From Acidiferrobacterales bacterium (GTDB lineage: Bacteria; Pseudomonadota; Gammaproteobacteria; Arenicellales; Poriferihabitantaceae), in contig JAHQWE010000005.1 of assembly GCA_019633985.1 (NCBI GenBank), positions 11,331 through 75,330 on the forward strand: a DNA stretch of 64,000 nt, written 5' to 3'. Positions 20,980-31,819 of this stretch are shown in pieces. The notes under the pieces are model-generated. The model ran no database searches and was not told where the DNA came from. It saw only the letters and a list, made by a program, of their open reading frames with translations. Position 1 is the stretch's first letter, and each line of letters begins with the position of its first letter. Both the position numbers and the translations under genes were made by a program.

Positions 20980-21999
20980 ATGAAAGCAACCGCATTTTCC
21001 AATCCTATTCTGGCAAACGTCGTACGGGGTTCCGAAGTGGAATCGGTGCATCGTGGTAGCGCGGTGGTCGTGGATAGCGAGGGCAAGGTGGTTGATCAGA
21101 TCGGCGAAATAGATCGGTTGATCTACCCGCGTTCCGCGTTGAAACTCTTACAGGCTATTCCACTTGTGGAATCGGAAGCAGCCGACGCGTTTGGGTTGTC
21201 AGAAAGAGAGCTTTCGCTCGCATGTGCGTCGCACAATGCTGAACCTTTCCATGTTGAAGCCGTCACAGAATGGCTCGATAAGCTTGGTCTGGTTGGAGAA
21301 GATCTGGAGTGTGGTCCAACCTTGCCACTACAGGAACAAGCCGCACATACCTTGATTGCTGACCACATTACTCCTGGCAGAGTGCATCAAAACTGTTCCG
21401 GGAAACATACCGGGATGCTGACGCTGTGCAAACACAAGGGATGGCCAACCAAAGGGTATAGCGAATACGAACACCCGGCCCAACAGACCTGGATGAAGAC
21501 AATGGGCGAGGTGATGGAGCTCGATATATTTTCCCTTCCATGGGAAAGAGATGGTTGTGGGTTGCCTGCCGTGCAGATGCCGCTAGCCAAACTAGCGTTG
21601 GGACTGGCGCGTTTTACCGATGATAAAACCATCCCCCCAAATCGGGCGACAGCAATGCGCCGTATACTTGCTGCGGTCACAAAGTATCCGGAAATGATTG
21701 CGGGCACTGATCGATGTTGTACCGCTGTCATCGCGGAAACGGCCGGAAATGTGGTGGTGAAAACCGGCGCTGAAGCGGTGTTCGCGGGATGTGTTCCAGG
21801 GTCTGGTCTCGGCTTTGCGCTAAAAGTGGATGATGGTTCTACCAGGGGGAGCGAAGTGGCTCTGGGTGCACTTTTGCAGCGTCTTGGAGTGCTGGATGTG
21901 GTGGCAAAAGAACGACTATCACAATGGTTCCAACCTTCTATTATCAATAGTCAGGGCAAGCGCACCGGGGAAGTTGTTGCCTCTGAAGTTTGGACTTAG
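20980..21999 (+). CDS. L-asparaginase II (rhizobial-type asparaginase)
   Basis: ESVHRG, PRSALK, CASH, NCSGKH, DGCG, KTGAEA, KVDDG. Confidence 0.92.
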   Translation: MKATAFSNPILANVVRGSEVESVHRGSAVVVDSEGKVVDQIGEIDRLIYPRSALKLLQAIPLVESEAADAFGLSERELSLACASHNAEPFHVEAVTEWLDKLGLVGEDLECGPTLPLQEQAAHTLIADHITPGRVHQNCSGKHTGMLTLCKHKGWPTKGYSEYEHPAQQTWMKTMGEVMELDIFSLPWERDGCGLPAVQMPLAKLALGLARFTDDKTIPPNRATAMRRILAAVTKYPEMIAGTDRCCTAVIAETAGNVVVKTGAEAVFAGCVPGSGLGFALKVDDGSTRGSEVALGALLQRLGVLDVVAKERLSQWFQPSIINSQGKRTGEVVASEVWT

Positions 22000-22272
22000 G
22001 CTGCATTGTTGCTGAATGGAAAACAGGCGGGTAACGCCAAACGCCACAATTCGCGTTCAACGACGCAAGGCCTCGCTGGGGGACAAATATACAACGATAG
22101 TTGCTCTGGTTGTAGGGCAAGGCTGATGACATGGCTTTAAACGTTTCTACTGTGGTAACACTCTGTAATGCTTCGCCGGGTTGTCATGCAACCTGTAGAA
22201 CCAGACATTCCACCCGCTCTAGAAGTATATAAAGCGTTTAAGCTACAGCCGATTTTGCGCGGGGCTTACGCA

Positions 22273-23298
22273 CTATTTGTTTTCGAAATAAGAACGAATG
22301 ATGTCAGCTGCCTGAACAATATCCGCTTCCGTGATATGTCGATGGATGACCAGTCGTGCAGGATTGCGGCCGCCGAATTTGAGCCCTCTTTCGGCGCACC
22401 ACTGATGAAACGCAGCGCCATCGTCATCGCTGGCTGAGAGATACACCATATTAGTGTTAGACTGATTTCCGTGCACGATTAGGCCGTCAACATCGAGCAA
22501 TCTTTCTGCGAGCTGAGCGGCCAGTTTATGGTCTTCGAGCAATCTGTCAACGTTGTTTTCAATGGCGTACAAGCCGGCGCCGGCCAGCATGCCTATTTGC
22601 CGCATGCCCCCTCCCACCATTTTTCTCCAGCGCTTGGCCTGGTGGATAAACTCTTCATTCCCTAAAAGCACGGAACCGACCGGTGCACCTAGCCCTTTGG
22701 ACAGGCAAATGGAAACAGAGTCAAATGGTTGAGTTACTTTTTCCAGTGAAACGCCGAGACCGACAGCAGCATTAAAAGCACGAGCGCCATCGAGATGAAA
22801 TCGCATTCCATGTTGCCGGGTCAATTCTTTGGCTTCAGCAACATAGGATAGCGGAATGATTTTACCGGCGGTTGTATTTTCCAGAGCAAGTAAGCGTGTG
22901 CGTGCGAAATGAAAGTCGTCAGCCTTGATCGCTTTTTTGATCTTGGCGAGAGGCATGGTGCCGTCTGCATCCAGCTCAATCGGTTGTGGTTGAATACTCC
23001 CCAAAACGGCAGCACCTCCCGCTTCGTATTTATAAGTATGGGCTTCTTGACCAACGATATATTCCTCACCACGCTGGCAGTGAGTGAGCAATGCAACCAG
23101 ATTGCTCTGGGTGCCTGTTGGAAAGAATAACCCTGTCTCATGCCCTGCCATTTGCGACAGGGTTCGCTCCAGCGATTTGGCGGTCGGATCTTCCTCGTAA
23201 ACGTCGTCTCCAATAGGCGAGCTCGCCATTGCTTCGCGCATCGCGTCATCAGGGAGGGTGACGGTGTCGCTTCTCAGGTCGATGATATTTGAGTCCAT
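22273..23298 (-). CDS. ltaE: Low-specificity L-threonine aldolase
   Basis: DLRSDTVT, GDDVY.EDP, HLDGAR, CLSKGLGAPVGS. Confidence 0.95.
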   Translation of the reverse strand: MDSNIIDLRSDTVTLPDDAMREAMASSPIGDDVYEEDPTAKSLERTLSQMAGHETGLFFPTGTQSNLVALLTHCQRGEEYIVGQEAHTYKYEAGGAAVLGSIQPQPIELDADGTMPLAKIKKAIKADDFHFARTRLLALENTTAGKIIPLSYVAEAKELTRQHGMRFHLDGARAFNAAVGLGVSLEKVTQPFDSVSICLSKGLGAPVGSVLLGNEEFIHQAKRWRKMVGGGMRQIGMLAGAGLYAIENNVDRLLEDHKLAAQLAERLLDVDGLIVHGNQSNTNMVYLSASDDDGAAFHQWCAERGLKFGGRNPARLVIHRHITEADIVQAADIIRSYFENK

Positions 23299-23394
23299 GG
23301 ATGATGAGACGAGGGCTGATGTGCCGAATATTGTGAAGGCCTGTAAGTGTGGCACAATGTGCTAAAGCGCTCCATTACTTCTTGTCCTCTTAGC

Positions 23395-23988
23395 TTGAAC
23401 ACCCCTGCACATATTGTTTTCAGTTTAGCCGCATTGGGGCCTGGCAGAGCTGCGACTTATCCATTGGCGATCGCTACGGGCGCAGTATTGCCAGATCTGG
23501 CTATGATGTTTTTTTATGCATGGCACAAACTGATTGGCACTGCCGAAGACATGATCTGGTCACATCACTATTATCAGGAAAGCTGGCAAGGGGTCTTTGA
23601 TTTTTGGAACTCGATACCGTTAGTGGCAGCCGCTATGTTTTTCTTTTACTGGCGCGAGAGAACTGCACTGGCTTGTTTATTCGCAAGCATGCTGACGCAC
23701 TGTGTGCTGGATTTTTTTGTGCATAACGATGATGCACATCGGCACTTCTATCCGTTTTCGAACTGGAAACTTCAAAGTCCGATTTCCTATTGGGACCCGT
23801 CGCACTACGGTGATATTGTGGGTAAGATTGAGGTCGCGGCGGTGTTGGTGTTGTCTATCTGGTTATGGCGTGCAACGCGTGCTAATCCCCTGATGGTCGA
23901 TCGATCAGCCAGGCTTTATTCCTTATTGGTTTTGACAAATTTGATCTACCTCGGTTTTTTTTATTACGTGGTGCAGACATGGGCATAA
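23395..23988 (+). CDS. Membrane-bound putative metal-dependent hydrolase
   Basis: MNTPAH, GAVLPD, H..LDFFVHNDDAH.HF, SPISYWD and several TM segments. TTG start inferred. Confidence 0.7.
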   Translation: MNTPAHIVFSLAALGPGRAATYPLAIATGAVLPDLAMMFFYAWHKLIGTAEDMIWSHHYYQESWQGVFDFWNSIPLVAAAMFFFYWRERTALACLFASMLTHCVLDFFVHNDDAHRHFYPFSNWKLQSPISYWDPSHYGDIVGKIEVAAVLVLSIWLWRATRANPLMVDRSARLYSLLVLTNLIYLGFFYYVVQTWA

Positions 23989-25127
23989 ACTTGGAAAATA
24001 TCTCAAAGCAACTGGAGAGGGTTCGACCACCGGTTGCCTCTGCAGCTACATTGCCTCCGCTTTGCTATACCGAGGAAGCCTGGGCAAAAAAAGAGTACGA
24101 AAGGATATTTGCGCATGCCTGGATTTCGATTGGTCGCAGGGAGCGATGGAAGTCTCCGGGAGACTTTATCTGTGTCGAACTCGCTGGTACACCATTAATC
24201 ATTACCCAGGATGAAGATAGTCATTTACATGCGCTCGCTAACACCTGCAGTCACAGAGGGATGAAGCTTAAATCTGGTTCAGGTAACTGTCGGCAGCTGG
24301 TTTGTCCGTTTCACGCGTGGACCTATGCATTGGATGGCAAGCTGATTTCCGCTCCAAGAATGGAGCACTGCACTCTGTCCGGCAGCGAGTTTGTTAACCA
24401 CGACTTCGACCTGACAACCGTAAGAGTGGAAGAGTCTTCGGGCTTCGTCTTCTTATGTCTTGATGCAGAGCAACAGTCCCTCGAGGATTGGCTGGCCGAT
24501 TTCGGTGAATTGCATGCGCCCTGGAAACTGAAGGATTTGGTGACTACGCGTGTATCTGAGTTCGATGTGAGGTGTAACTGGAAATCTTTTATCGAAGTTT
24601 TCAACGAGTACTATCACTTACCCTACGTTCATCCGAACTCTCTCAGCGGTTTATATCAGGAGCCCGATGCAGCAGATATTGTGATGGGTGAATACACCAC
24701 GCAATTTGGTATTACGGAGGGCACAGCCGCGTTGCTGGAAGAATCGCAGACCCATGCGTTGCCGTCGATACCGACTTTGCGGGGGAGAGAGCGAGAAGGA
24801 ACACGCTACACATGGATATACCCCAATTTGACGTTTGCGGCCTGCTCCGACTCGCTCTGGATGTACCATGTTTTTCCATCAGCAGTGAACCGATGTCATG
24901 TGGTGCAAACGGTTTGCTTTCCTAGTAGCAGCGTTTCTCTGCCTGATTTTGAAGTGCGCGCGCAACGTTACTACGACCGCATAGATGAAGCGATCGCAGA
25001 AGACTTGCCTTTTTTAGAATTGCAGCAAGAAGGTCTCGCCTCACCACTGGCGAAACAGGGGCGGTTTTCTACTCTTGAACCCTCAGTGGGCAATTTCGCA
25101 TGCTGGTATGCTAACCAGATGCGATAA
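23979..25127 (+). CDS. Rieske non-heme iron oxygenase alpha subunit (choline monooxygenase-like)
   Basis: Rieske motifs CSHRG / CPFHAW. Mononuclear Fe site NWK...EYYHLPYVH...ED. Confidence 0.9.
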   Translation: MGINLENISKQLERVRPPVASAATLPPLCYTEEAWAKKEYERIFAHAWISIGRRERWKSPGDFICVELAGTPLIITQDEDSHLHALANTCSHRGMKLKSGSGNCRQLVCPFHAWTYALDGKLISAPRMEHCTLSGSEFVNHDFDLTTVRVEESSGFVFLCLDAEQQSLEDWLADFGELHAPWKLKDLVTTRVSEFDVRCNWKSFIEVFNEYYHLPYVHPNSLSGLYQEPDAADIVMGEYTTQFGITEGTAALLEESQTHALPSIPTLRGREREGTRYTWIYPNLTFAACSDSLWMYHVFPSAVNRCHVVQTVCFPSSSVSLPDFEVRAQRYYDRIDEAIAEDLPFLELQQEGLASPLAKQGRFSTLEPSVGNFACWYANQMR

Positions 25128-25133
25128 CACGGC

Positions 25134-25766
25134 TCAGCGACAACTGACGCCAGTACCTTTTAAACCGCAGTATCCACCGGGGTTTTTCGCCAGGTATTGC
25201 TGATGGTCTTCTTCAGCAAAGAAGAAATTGTCGATCGGTTTGAGCTCCGTTGTGATCTGTCCAAAACCCTGTTGGGTTAATTTTTCCTGATAACTATCCA
25301 TGGCTATTCTGGCCTCTTCCAACTGTTGGTCAGAGGTCGTGTAGATAGCGGAGCGATACTGGCTTCCGTGATCGTTTCCCTGGGCCATTCCCTGGGTTGG
25401 ATCATGCGCTTCAAAGAATAAAGTAAGCAGATCACGGTAGCTAATTGTATTGGGGTCGTAAACGACCAGTACTGCCTCAGTATGTCCCGTCATGCCTGAA
25501 CAAACCTCGCGATAGGTGGCGTTTAAGGTATGGCCACCGGCATAACCTACCGCCGAAGTAAATACGCCATCCCGTTCCCAGAATCGGCGCTCGGCGCCCC
25601 AGAAACAGCCCATGCCAAAATAGGCGACTTCTAGTCCTTCAGGATAAGGTGCTTTGAGAGTGTTGCCATTGACATGATGGCGGTTTGATAGTGGCATTTC
25701 TTCATTGCGCCCGGGCAATGCTTCTTCTGCAGTAGGGATTGCCGCGGGTTTTCGACCAAATAACAT
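25134..25766 (-). CDS. msrA: Peptide-methionine (S)-S-oxide reductase
   Basis: GCFWG, TGHTE, HDPT, QYRS, HQQYL. Confidence 0.96.
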   Translation of the reverse strand: MLFGRKPAAIPTAEEALPGRNEEMPLSNRHHVNGNTLKAPYPEGLEVAYFGMGCFWGAERRFWERDGVFTSAVGYAGGHTLNATYREVCSGMTGHTEAVLVVYDPNTISYRDLLTLFFEAHDPTQGMAQGNDHGSQYRSAIYTTSDQQLEEARIAMDSYQEKLTQQGFGQITTELKPIDNFFFAEEDHQQYLAKNPGGYCGLKGTGVSCR

Positions 25767-25876
25767 AGTGAGTACTCCTTTCGTTCTTTCGTTTGTAACC
25801 GCTCTATCAGACAGGTTCGCCAAAGCGAAGGTTCCTGTCCAGGTGCGTCAAATGTACAGTTGGCATAGCGATCGTG

Positions 25877-26215
25877 CTACCGGGATTCGCGCTTTTCAGC
25901 GCATTGGATACAAAGTGTGGTGCATAAGTCGATTTCCAACCGCTTCGGGTTGATTTCCTCTCCACATTCAAAGCATTCACCAAATTCGTTGTTCTTCACT
26001 CTCTCAAGAGCGTGACTAAGCGCCACGATTTCACGCTGGCGTCGTCGCATAAGCTCCAGCTCCATCTGCTGCATCTGCATGGCATCCATTCTAGACAGAC
26101 GCCCGACTCGGGTCTGATCCAATTCCACTGATTGTGCTTCCTTGTTAACGTTTGCATGTTCTATCTCTTCCAGTCTCTGGTGAATCAGCATTTTGAATTG
26201 ATCGAGATGCACCAT
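25877..26215 (-). CDS. TraR/DksA-family C4 zinc-finger protein
   Basis: GRLSRMDAMQ coiled-coil tip, CFECGEEI and CIQC. Confidence 0.88.
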   Translation of the reverse strand: MVHLDQFKMLIHQRLEEIEHANVNKEAQSVELDQTRVGRLSRMDAMQMQQMELELMRRRQREIVALSHALERVKNNEFGECFECGEEINPKRLEIDLCTTLCIQCAEKRESR

Positions 26216-26216
26216 T

Positions 26217-27170
26217 TCAGTATCCCCTATCCAGGTCTGCGAGATGTGTAAGGGAAAGGCCGTCTAGATGACGTCGAATATTTTGTGCAACATGGTCTGC
26301 ACTGTCCGAAGGATGGGTCATACTGGCGATGTGAGGAGTAATAATAACGTTTTCCATTTCCCAGTATTCGCTTTTATCGTCTAAGGGTTCGTCATTGACA
26401 ACATCAAGTGCAGCACCGGCGATATGCCCTGATCGTATCGCTGCAATCAAATCATCGTCTACCACCGCGCTACCCCGCCCGGCATTGATGATAAAAGCAC
26501 CGCTGGGTAAGGCGGAGAGAGTATCGCGGTTGATGAGCCCTTCTGTTTGCGGCGTATTCGGTAATAAACAGACCAGATAGTTTGTGGCGGCCAAGAAATC
26601 GGGCAACTGGGCGTCGCCGTGAAACGATTTGACCCCTGGTACTGATTTTGGTGATCGGCTCCATCCCGCTAAATGAAAACCAAACTGTTTCAACGCTTTA
26701 GCAGCCGCGGACCCCAATACGCCCAGGCCTAAAATTCCCACAGTACGTTCGGCTGGCATTGGATAAGGTATCGGGCTCCACCTTTTTGCCCTCTGGTCAT
26801 GGATGTAGCGATGCATATTCCGGTGAAATCCGAGGACCTGAAAAACCACATATTCCACCATGCCCGCGGTCAGTGAATCCTGCACCATCCGCACTACGGG
26901 CACCCCTTCTGGAACGATATTTTCTCCCTTCAGATGATCGACTCCAGCGCCAATAGAAAAAATTACCTCAAGCGCCGGCATATCCGCTAATGCGCCAGCT
27001 TCTGGTTGCCAAACCAGGGCATAACGCAGTCGCTCCAGGTGTTGGTGTCGCTGACGCCAGTCCACAATGTCGATATCACGTTCTTTAAACGCTTGCTGCC
27101 ACTCAACAAATCGGTCGAAATCGGACTTAACGGCGATCAGCGGCCGACTGGAATCAGTGTTATTTTGCAT
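26217..27170 (-). CDS. ghrA: Glyoxylate/hydroxypyruvate reductase A
   Basis: GAGVDHL, GLGVLG, INAGRG, ITPHIAS. Confidence 0.88.
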   Translation of the reverse strand: MQNNTDSSRPLIAVKSDFDRFVEWQQAFKERDIDIVDWRQRHQHLERLRYALVWQPEAGALADMPALEVIFSIGAGVDHLKGENIVPEGVPVVRMVQDSLTAGMVEYVVFQVLGFHRNMHRYIHDQRAKRWSPIPYPMPAERTVGILGLGVLGSAAAKALKQFGFHLAGWSRSPKSVPGVKSFHGDAQLPDFLAATNYLVCLLPNTPQTEGLINRDTLSALPSGAFIINAGRGSAVVDDDLIAAIRSGHIAGAALDVVNDEPLDDKSEYWEMENVIITPHIASMTHPSDSADHVAQNIRRHLDGLSLTHLADLDRGY

Positions 27171-27335
27171 TGAACGGTGAGAGGGAGAGAGGAAGTCATT
27201 GTATTACCGGCGAGCAGGAGACTCAATTTGCTAAACTCGAAACCAGTGCTCCGAAATGGCGCAAACTGCGTCCTTGATTTGTTACACTCCGCGCCCGAAT
27301 TCTGCTTGTTGAGGCGCTTATTCCCTGGTAGAGCG

Positions 27336-27821
27336 ATGGCCCTAGAAACGACAGAATTTACGATCAGACCTAACGCATCGTTCCCTCGACCAGGTTGGCC
27401 TTGGTTTCTGGGGTTGTTAGTGTTTGTGAGCCTGCTGATTGCGCTGCGTTTTGCGTGGTTAGGTTTTTGGATGATTCTGCCGTTTACGCTATTGGAGCTC
27501 GCCTTCCTGATGGCCATGGTCTGGTTGGTGAAAAATAGGGCTAACTTCGTCGAAAAGGTGTCTATTTCCAGAGAACAGGTAATCATTGAGCATTTGCAGA
27601 AAAACAAGGATGCGCAATGGTCGTTCCCGCTATATTGGTCTCGTGTGGAATTGCGAAAACCGGGTCATCGCTGGTATCCCCATCGATTATTGATAGGAAC
27701 ATCTGGGAAGTGGGTGGAAATAGGCCAATGTTTGAATGAGGAAGAACGTGCCGGCTTGGCCGACGCGATCCGCACTGAAATTAACCGACAGAAAACTGTC
27801 GAGGTAACGAGAAATGCTTGA
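27336..27821 (+). CDS. DUF2244 membrane protein
   Basis: RPNAS, G.WMILPF..LE, EIGQCLNEEER. Typical neighbour of cox clusters. Confidence 0.8.
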   Translation: MALETTEFTIRPNASFPRPGWPWFLGLLVFVSLLIALRFAWLGFWMILPFTLLELAFLMAMVWLVKNRANFVEKVSISREQVIIEHLQKNKDAQWSFPLYWSRVELRKPGHRWYPHRLLIGTSGKWVEIGQCLNEEERAGLADAIRTEINRQKTVEVTRNA

Positions 27822-28725
27822 GGTCACTACAGCGAGTACGTTGAACTGGCGAGACTATTTTGAGCTTTGTAAGCCCAAGGTCGTGGCGCTGATCGTGTTT
27901 ACTGCAGCAGTAGGCATGTTTCTCTCTACCGAGAGCTGGATACCTTTTAACGCCTGGTTTTGGGGGCTCATTGGCATTGGTATGGCGGCGTCAGCCGGCG
28001 CTGCGATTAATCATTGGGTGGATCAGGAAATCGATGCCCGGATGGACAGAACCAGCGGCAGACCACTACCCCAGGGCAATATAGCGGGCAACAGCGCTTT
28101 GGTTTTTGCCCTGAGCCTCGCTGCTATTTCCATGGTGATTTTGCTGAGCTTCGTCAACATATTGACTGCTGCCTTAACCTTGGCATCGATGGTTGGCTAT
28201 GCAGTGATTTATACGATGTTCCTGAAGCGCTCGACACCACAGAATATCGTGCTTGGCGGCGCGGCTGGTGCAGCACCTCCGGTACTTGGCTGGACCGCAG
28301 TGACGGGAGAACTCCATAGCGAGGCATTATTGTTGTTTCTGATAATTTTCGTGTGGACGCCGCCGCACTTCTGGGCTTTGGCGATCAAGCGCCGCGATGA
28401 CTATGCAAGAGCGGGGGTGCCGATGTTGCCGGTGACACACGGCATCGCATTTACCAAACTGCATGTTTTGCTCTACACGATTTTGCTGGTGATCATCACC
28501 ATCATGCCTTTTTTGGTCCAAATGAGCGGGACGCTCTATCTCGCAGGAGCCATATCACTAGGGATAGGTTTTGTTTACTATGCGCTCAAGCTATACCATG
28601 CTGAAGGTGATGCGTTTGCGATGAAGACATTTGGCTATTCGATATTTTATCTCAGTGCCCTGTTCGGCTTTTTCCTCGTCGATCACTACGCCCGTATTGC
28701 GATTCGGGCCTGGTTTTTGAACTAA
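27814..28725 (+). CDS. cyoE: Heme O synthase (protoheme IX farnesyltransferase)
   Basis: KPKV, D..MDRT..RPLP, YT..LKR, WTPPHFWAL. Confidence 0.95.
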   Translation: MLEVTTASTLNWRDYFELCKPKVVALIVFTAAVGMFLSTESWIPFNAWFWGLIGIGMAASAGAAINHWVDQEIDARMDRTSGRPLPQGNIAGNSALVFALSLAAISMVILLSFVNILTAALTLASMVGYAVIYTMFLKRSTPQNIVLGGAAGAAPPVLGWTAVTGELHSEALLLFLIIFVWTPPHFWALAIKRRDDYARAGVPMLPVTHGIAFTKLHVLLYTILLVIITIMPFLVQMSGTLYLAGAISLGIGFVYYALKLYHAEGDAFAMKTFGYSIFYLSALFGFFLVDHYARIAIRAWFLN

Positions 28726-28778
28726 CTGAATTTTACATTGTGCGTGACGCTGCATACTCAAGGATATCGCTAAGTTAA

Positions 28779-29033
28779 ATGGACCAAAACAGCACCAGTA
28801 CTAAGCAAGCGGCGCAACGTGATTCGGAGGAAGTTGGCGCACTCGATATTATAAAAAGTGTCTTCGCCGCATTTTTTGGTGTTCAAAGTGATAGGAATCG
28901 GGAACGGGACTTTGCCAGCGGAAAGTTTTGGCATTTTTTCGTTGCCGGGGTGATATTTGTTTTGCTGTTTATGGCCGCTGTGTATGGAGTAGTTCAGTAT
29001 CTGTTGGCGACGACTCCAACCGGCGGCGTGTAA
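28779..29033 (+). CDS. DUF2970 membrane protein
   Basis: SVFAAFFGVQS..NRERDF signature. Confidence 0.85.
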   Translation: MDQNSTSTKQAAQRDSEEVGALDIIKSVFAAFFGVQSDRNRERDFASGKFWHFFVAGVIFVLLFMAAVYGVVQYLLATTPTGGV

Positions 29034-29344
29034 ACGCCGCTGGCGGCCCGAAATAATCCAAGTTACTGAATGCAGAATGCGACACAAAGAGAGTCGAATG
29101 AGGCACTTACACTGACAATTTTATGTAATGTTGCGGGTGACTTGGCTATAATCCGCTGAGGTGCCAGTGCCAGCCGCAGATTCGATATCGCCTGGCGTGA
29201 CCATCGCGAGATCTTTGGCTCCTGCAATACTGCATGGGCTTAGATAGCGTGAATGGAACGGTACCCGCAAAAGAATTGATACAGAGCTCCGATCTGACGG
29301 GGCGCGAAAATTTTACTATTTAGATTTTAAGGTTTGGATTTCCA

Positions 29345-30175
29345 ATGAGATTAGTGATCAAAGCGTTGGCATCAATAATGGTGCTGAGTGCGGCCCTGCT
29401 GTCGCCAGTTGTGATGGCGGATTGGGCAGTCAATATGCCGAAAGGCGTCACAGACATCAGTCACAAGGTCTATGACATGCACATGCTAGCGTTCTGGATA
29501 ATGTGTGTGGTGGCATTTGGCGTGTTTGGTGCGATGACTTACAGCATCATAAAACACCGAAAGTCTAAAGGAGTCACGCCCGCGACTTTCCATGAAAGTA
29601 CTGCCGTAGAGGTGGTCTGGACCATAATTCCATTCATCATTCTAATTGTGCTGGCATTGCCTGCTGCAAGAACGCTAATTGCCCAGGAAGACGACAGCAA
29701 TTCTGAATTGACGATTAAGATCACTGGATATCAATGGAAATGGCAGTACGAATATCCTGATTCTGGCGTGAGTTTTTTCAGCGCCCTCGCTGAAGAAAGC
29801 CGTCAGGCGCGGGTGATGGGCTCAGGAATTGATGTGAACGATGTAGAACACTATTTACTTGACGTCGATAAGCCACTGGTGATTCCGGTGGACACCAAAG
29901 TACGCTTCTTGCTGACCGCGAACGATGTCATTCATTCGTGGTGGGTACCAGATTTCGCCATCAAAAAAGATGCGATTCCCGGCTTTATCAACACGATGTG
30001 GACCCATGTAAATGAGACCGGCACGTACCGAGGCCAGTGTACCGAATTGTGCGGTCGAGACCATGGCTTTATGCCAGTGGTTGTTGAGGTGGTGGAGAAG
30101 TCGGAATTCAACCAGTGGCTTGCGAGTCAGGTTGAAGCCAAGGAGTCGGGCCAGCAGCTCGCTGCCACCAATTAA
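29345..30175 (+). CDS. coxB: Cytochrome c oxidase subunit II
   Basis: QWKW.YEY, DVIHSW and CuA motif CTELCGRDHGFM. Confidence 0.97.
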   Translation: MRLVIKALASIMVLSAALLSPVVMADWAVNMPKGVTDISHKVYDMHMLAFWIMCVVAFGVFGAMTYSIIKHRKSKGVTPATFHESTAVEVVWTIIPFIILIVLALPAARTLIAQEDDSNSELTIKITGYQWKWQYEYPDSGVSFFSALAEESRQARVMGSGIDVNDVEHYLLDVDKPLVIPVDTKVRFLLTANDVIHSWWVPDFAIKKDAIPGFINTMWTHVNETGTYRGQCTELCGRDHGFMPVVVEVVEKSEFNQWLASQVEAKESGQQLAATN

Positions 30176-30208
30176 AAGTAAAGTTATACAAGTTTTGAGG
30201 ATTGACAG

Positions 30209-31795
30209 ATGAATGCAGCACTGACTGATACAGATCATCACGACGACCATCATCATGGGCCTGCACCGGGTCTGATGCGCTGGGTAACCACAACCAACCA
30301 CAAAGATATTGGGACACTCTATCTCTGGTTTTCGCTGCTGATGTTTTTCATCGGTGGCTTTATGGCGCTGATAATCCGCACAGAGTTGTTCCAGCCTGGA
30401 TTACAGGTAGTGGATCCGCACTTCTTCAATCAAATGACCACCATGCATGCCCTGATCATGATTTTTGGTGTGGTTATGCCGGCGTTCGTTGGTTTGGCCA
30501 ACTGGATGGTGCCGATAATGATTGGTGCGCCAGACATGGCGTTACCCAGAATGAATAACTGGAGCTTTTGGATCCTGCCATTCGGCTTCACCATGATGTT
30601 ATCGACCCTGTTTATGGATGGCGGCGGGCCAGCAGGTGGTTGGACGCTGTATCCCCCGCTGTCGCTGCAAGGTGGTGATGGCTTTCCATTTCTGATTTTC
30701 TCCATTCACATTTTAGGTATTTCCTCGATTATGGGGGCGATCAATATTGTTGCCACCATCATGAACCTGCGTGCGCCGGGCATGACCTTCATGAAAATGC
30801 CTCTGTTCGTATGGACCTGGTTCATTACCGCGTATCTATTGATTGCAGTCATGCCTGTGCTGGCCGGTGCTGTAACAATGCTGCTGACAGACAAGTTTTT
30901 TGGCACCGCCTTTTTTACAGCAGCGGGCGGCGGCGATCCGGTCATGTTCCAGCACATTTTCTGGTTCTTTGGTCACCCGGAAGTGTATATCTTGATTCTG
31001 CCCTCTTTCGGAATCGTGTCAGAAATTATTCCGACTTTCTCGCGTAAGAGATTGTTTGGTTATGCATCAATGGTTTACGCCACCTCTTCGATTGCGTTGC
31101 TGTCGTTTATTGTTTGGGCACACCACATGTTCACCGTGGGCATGCCGTTGTCGGGCGAGTTGTTTTTTATGTTTGCGACCATGTTGATAGCAGTGCCAAC
31201 AGGCGTCAAGGTATTCAACTGGGTGGCAACAATGTGGCGAGGTGCAATGACCTTTGAAACACCGATGCTGTTCGCTCTGGGGTTTGTCATTATGTTTACC
31301 ATTGGTGGCTTTTCCGGCGTGATGCTTGCTCTGGCGCCCGTGGATTTTCAGTATCACGACACTTATTTTGTTGTGGCGCACTTCCACTATGTGCTTGTTC
31401 CTGGCGCCATCTTCGGCATTATTGCAGCGGTTTACTACTGGATACCCAAGTGGACAGGCAATATGTATGACGAAAAGCTCGGAAAGATTCACTTCTGGGT
31501 TTCAACTATTTTCGTCAATCTCTTGTTCTTTCCGATGCACTTCGTAGGACTAGCTGGTATGCCAAGGCGTATTCCTGACTATGCCGTGCAGTTTGCAGAC
31601 TTTAATGCGATTGCAACGATAGGTGCTTTTGGATTTGGTTTCTCGCAAATTATTTTTGTTGTGGTGCTTCTGAAATGTGTGAAGGGCGGTGAAAAAGCCA
31701 CTGACCAGGTTTGGGAAGGTGCAGAAGGTCTGGAGTGGACACTTCCCTCTCCCGCTCCTTATCACTCATTTACCGATCAACCAGAAGTTAAGTGA
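30209..31795 (+). CDS. ctaD: Cytochrome c oxidase subunit I (A1 type)
   Basis: NHKDIG, GHPEVY, WAHH, VAHFH, PRR. Confidence 0.98.
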   Translation: MNAALTDTDHHDDHHHGPAPGLMRWVTTTNHKDIGTLYLWFSLLMFFIGGFMALIIRTELFQPGLQVVDPHFFNQMTTMHALIMIFGVVMPAFVGLANWMVPIMIGAPDMALPRMNNWSFWILPFGFTMMLSTLFMDGGGPAGGWTLYPPLSLQGGDGFPFLIFSIHILGISSIMGAINIVATIMNLRAPGMTFMKMPLFVWTWFITAYLLIAVMPVLAGAVTMLLTDKFFGTAFFTAAGGGDPVMFQHIFWFFGHPEVYILILPSFGIVSEIIPTFSRKRLFGYASMVYATSSIALLSFIVWAHHMFTVGMPLSGELFFMFATMLIAVPTGVKVFNWVATMWRGAMTFETPMLFALGFVIMFTIGGFSGVMLALAPVDFQYHDTYFVVAHFHYVLVPGAIFGIIAAVYYWIPKWTGNMYDEKLGKIHFWVSTIFVNLLFFPMHFVGLAGMPRRIPDYAVQFADFNAIATIGAFGFGFSQIIFVVVLLKCVKGGEKATDQVWEGAEGLEWTLPSPAPYHSFTDQPEVK

Positions 31796-31819
31796 TCGAT
31801 TCATCACGATAGCGAAGAC

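Noticed and set aside
29079-29100. RegA/RoxR-like site (TGCGACA) upstream of coxB
   Set aside because: Only one half-site is convincing; too weak to call.
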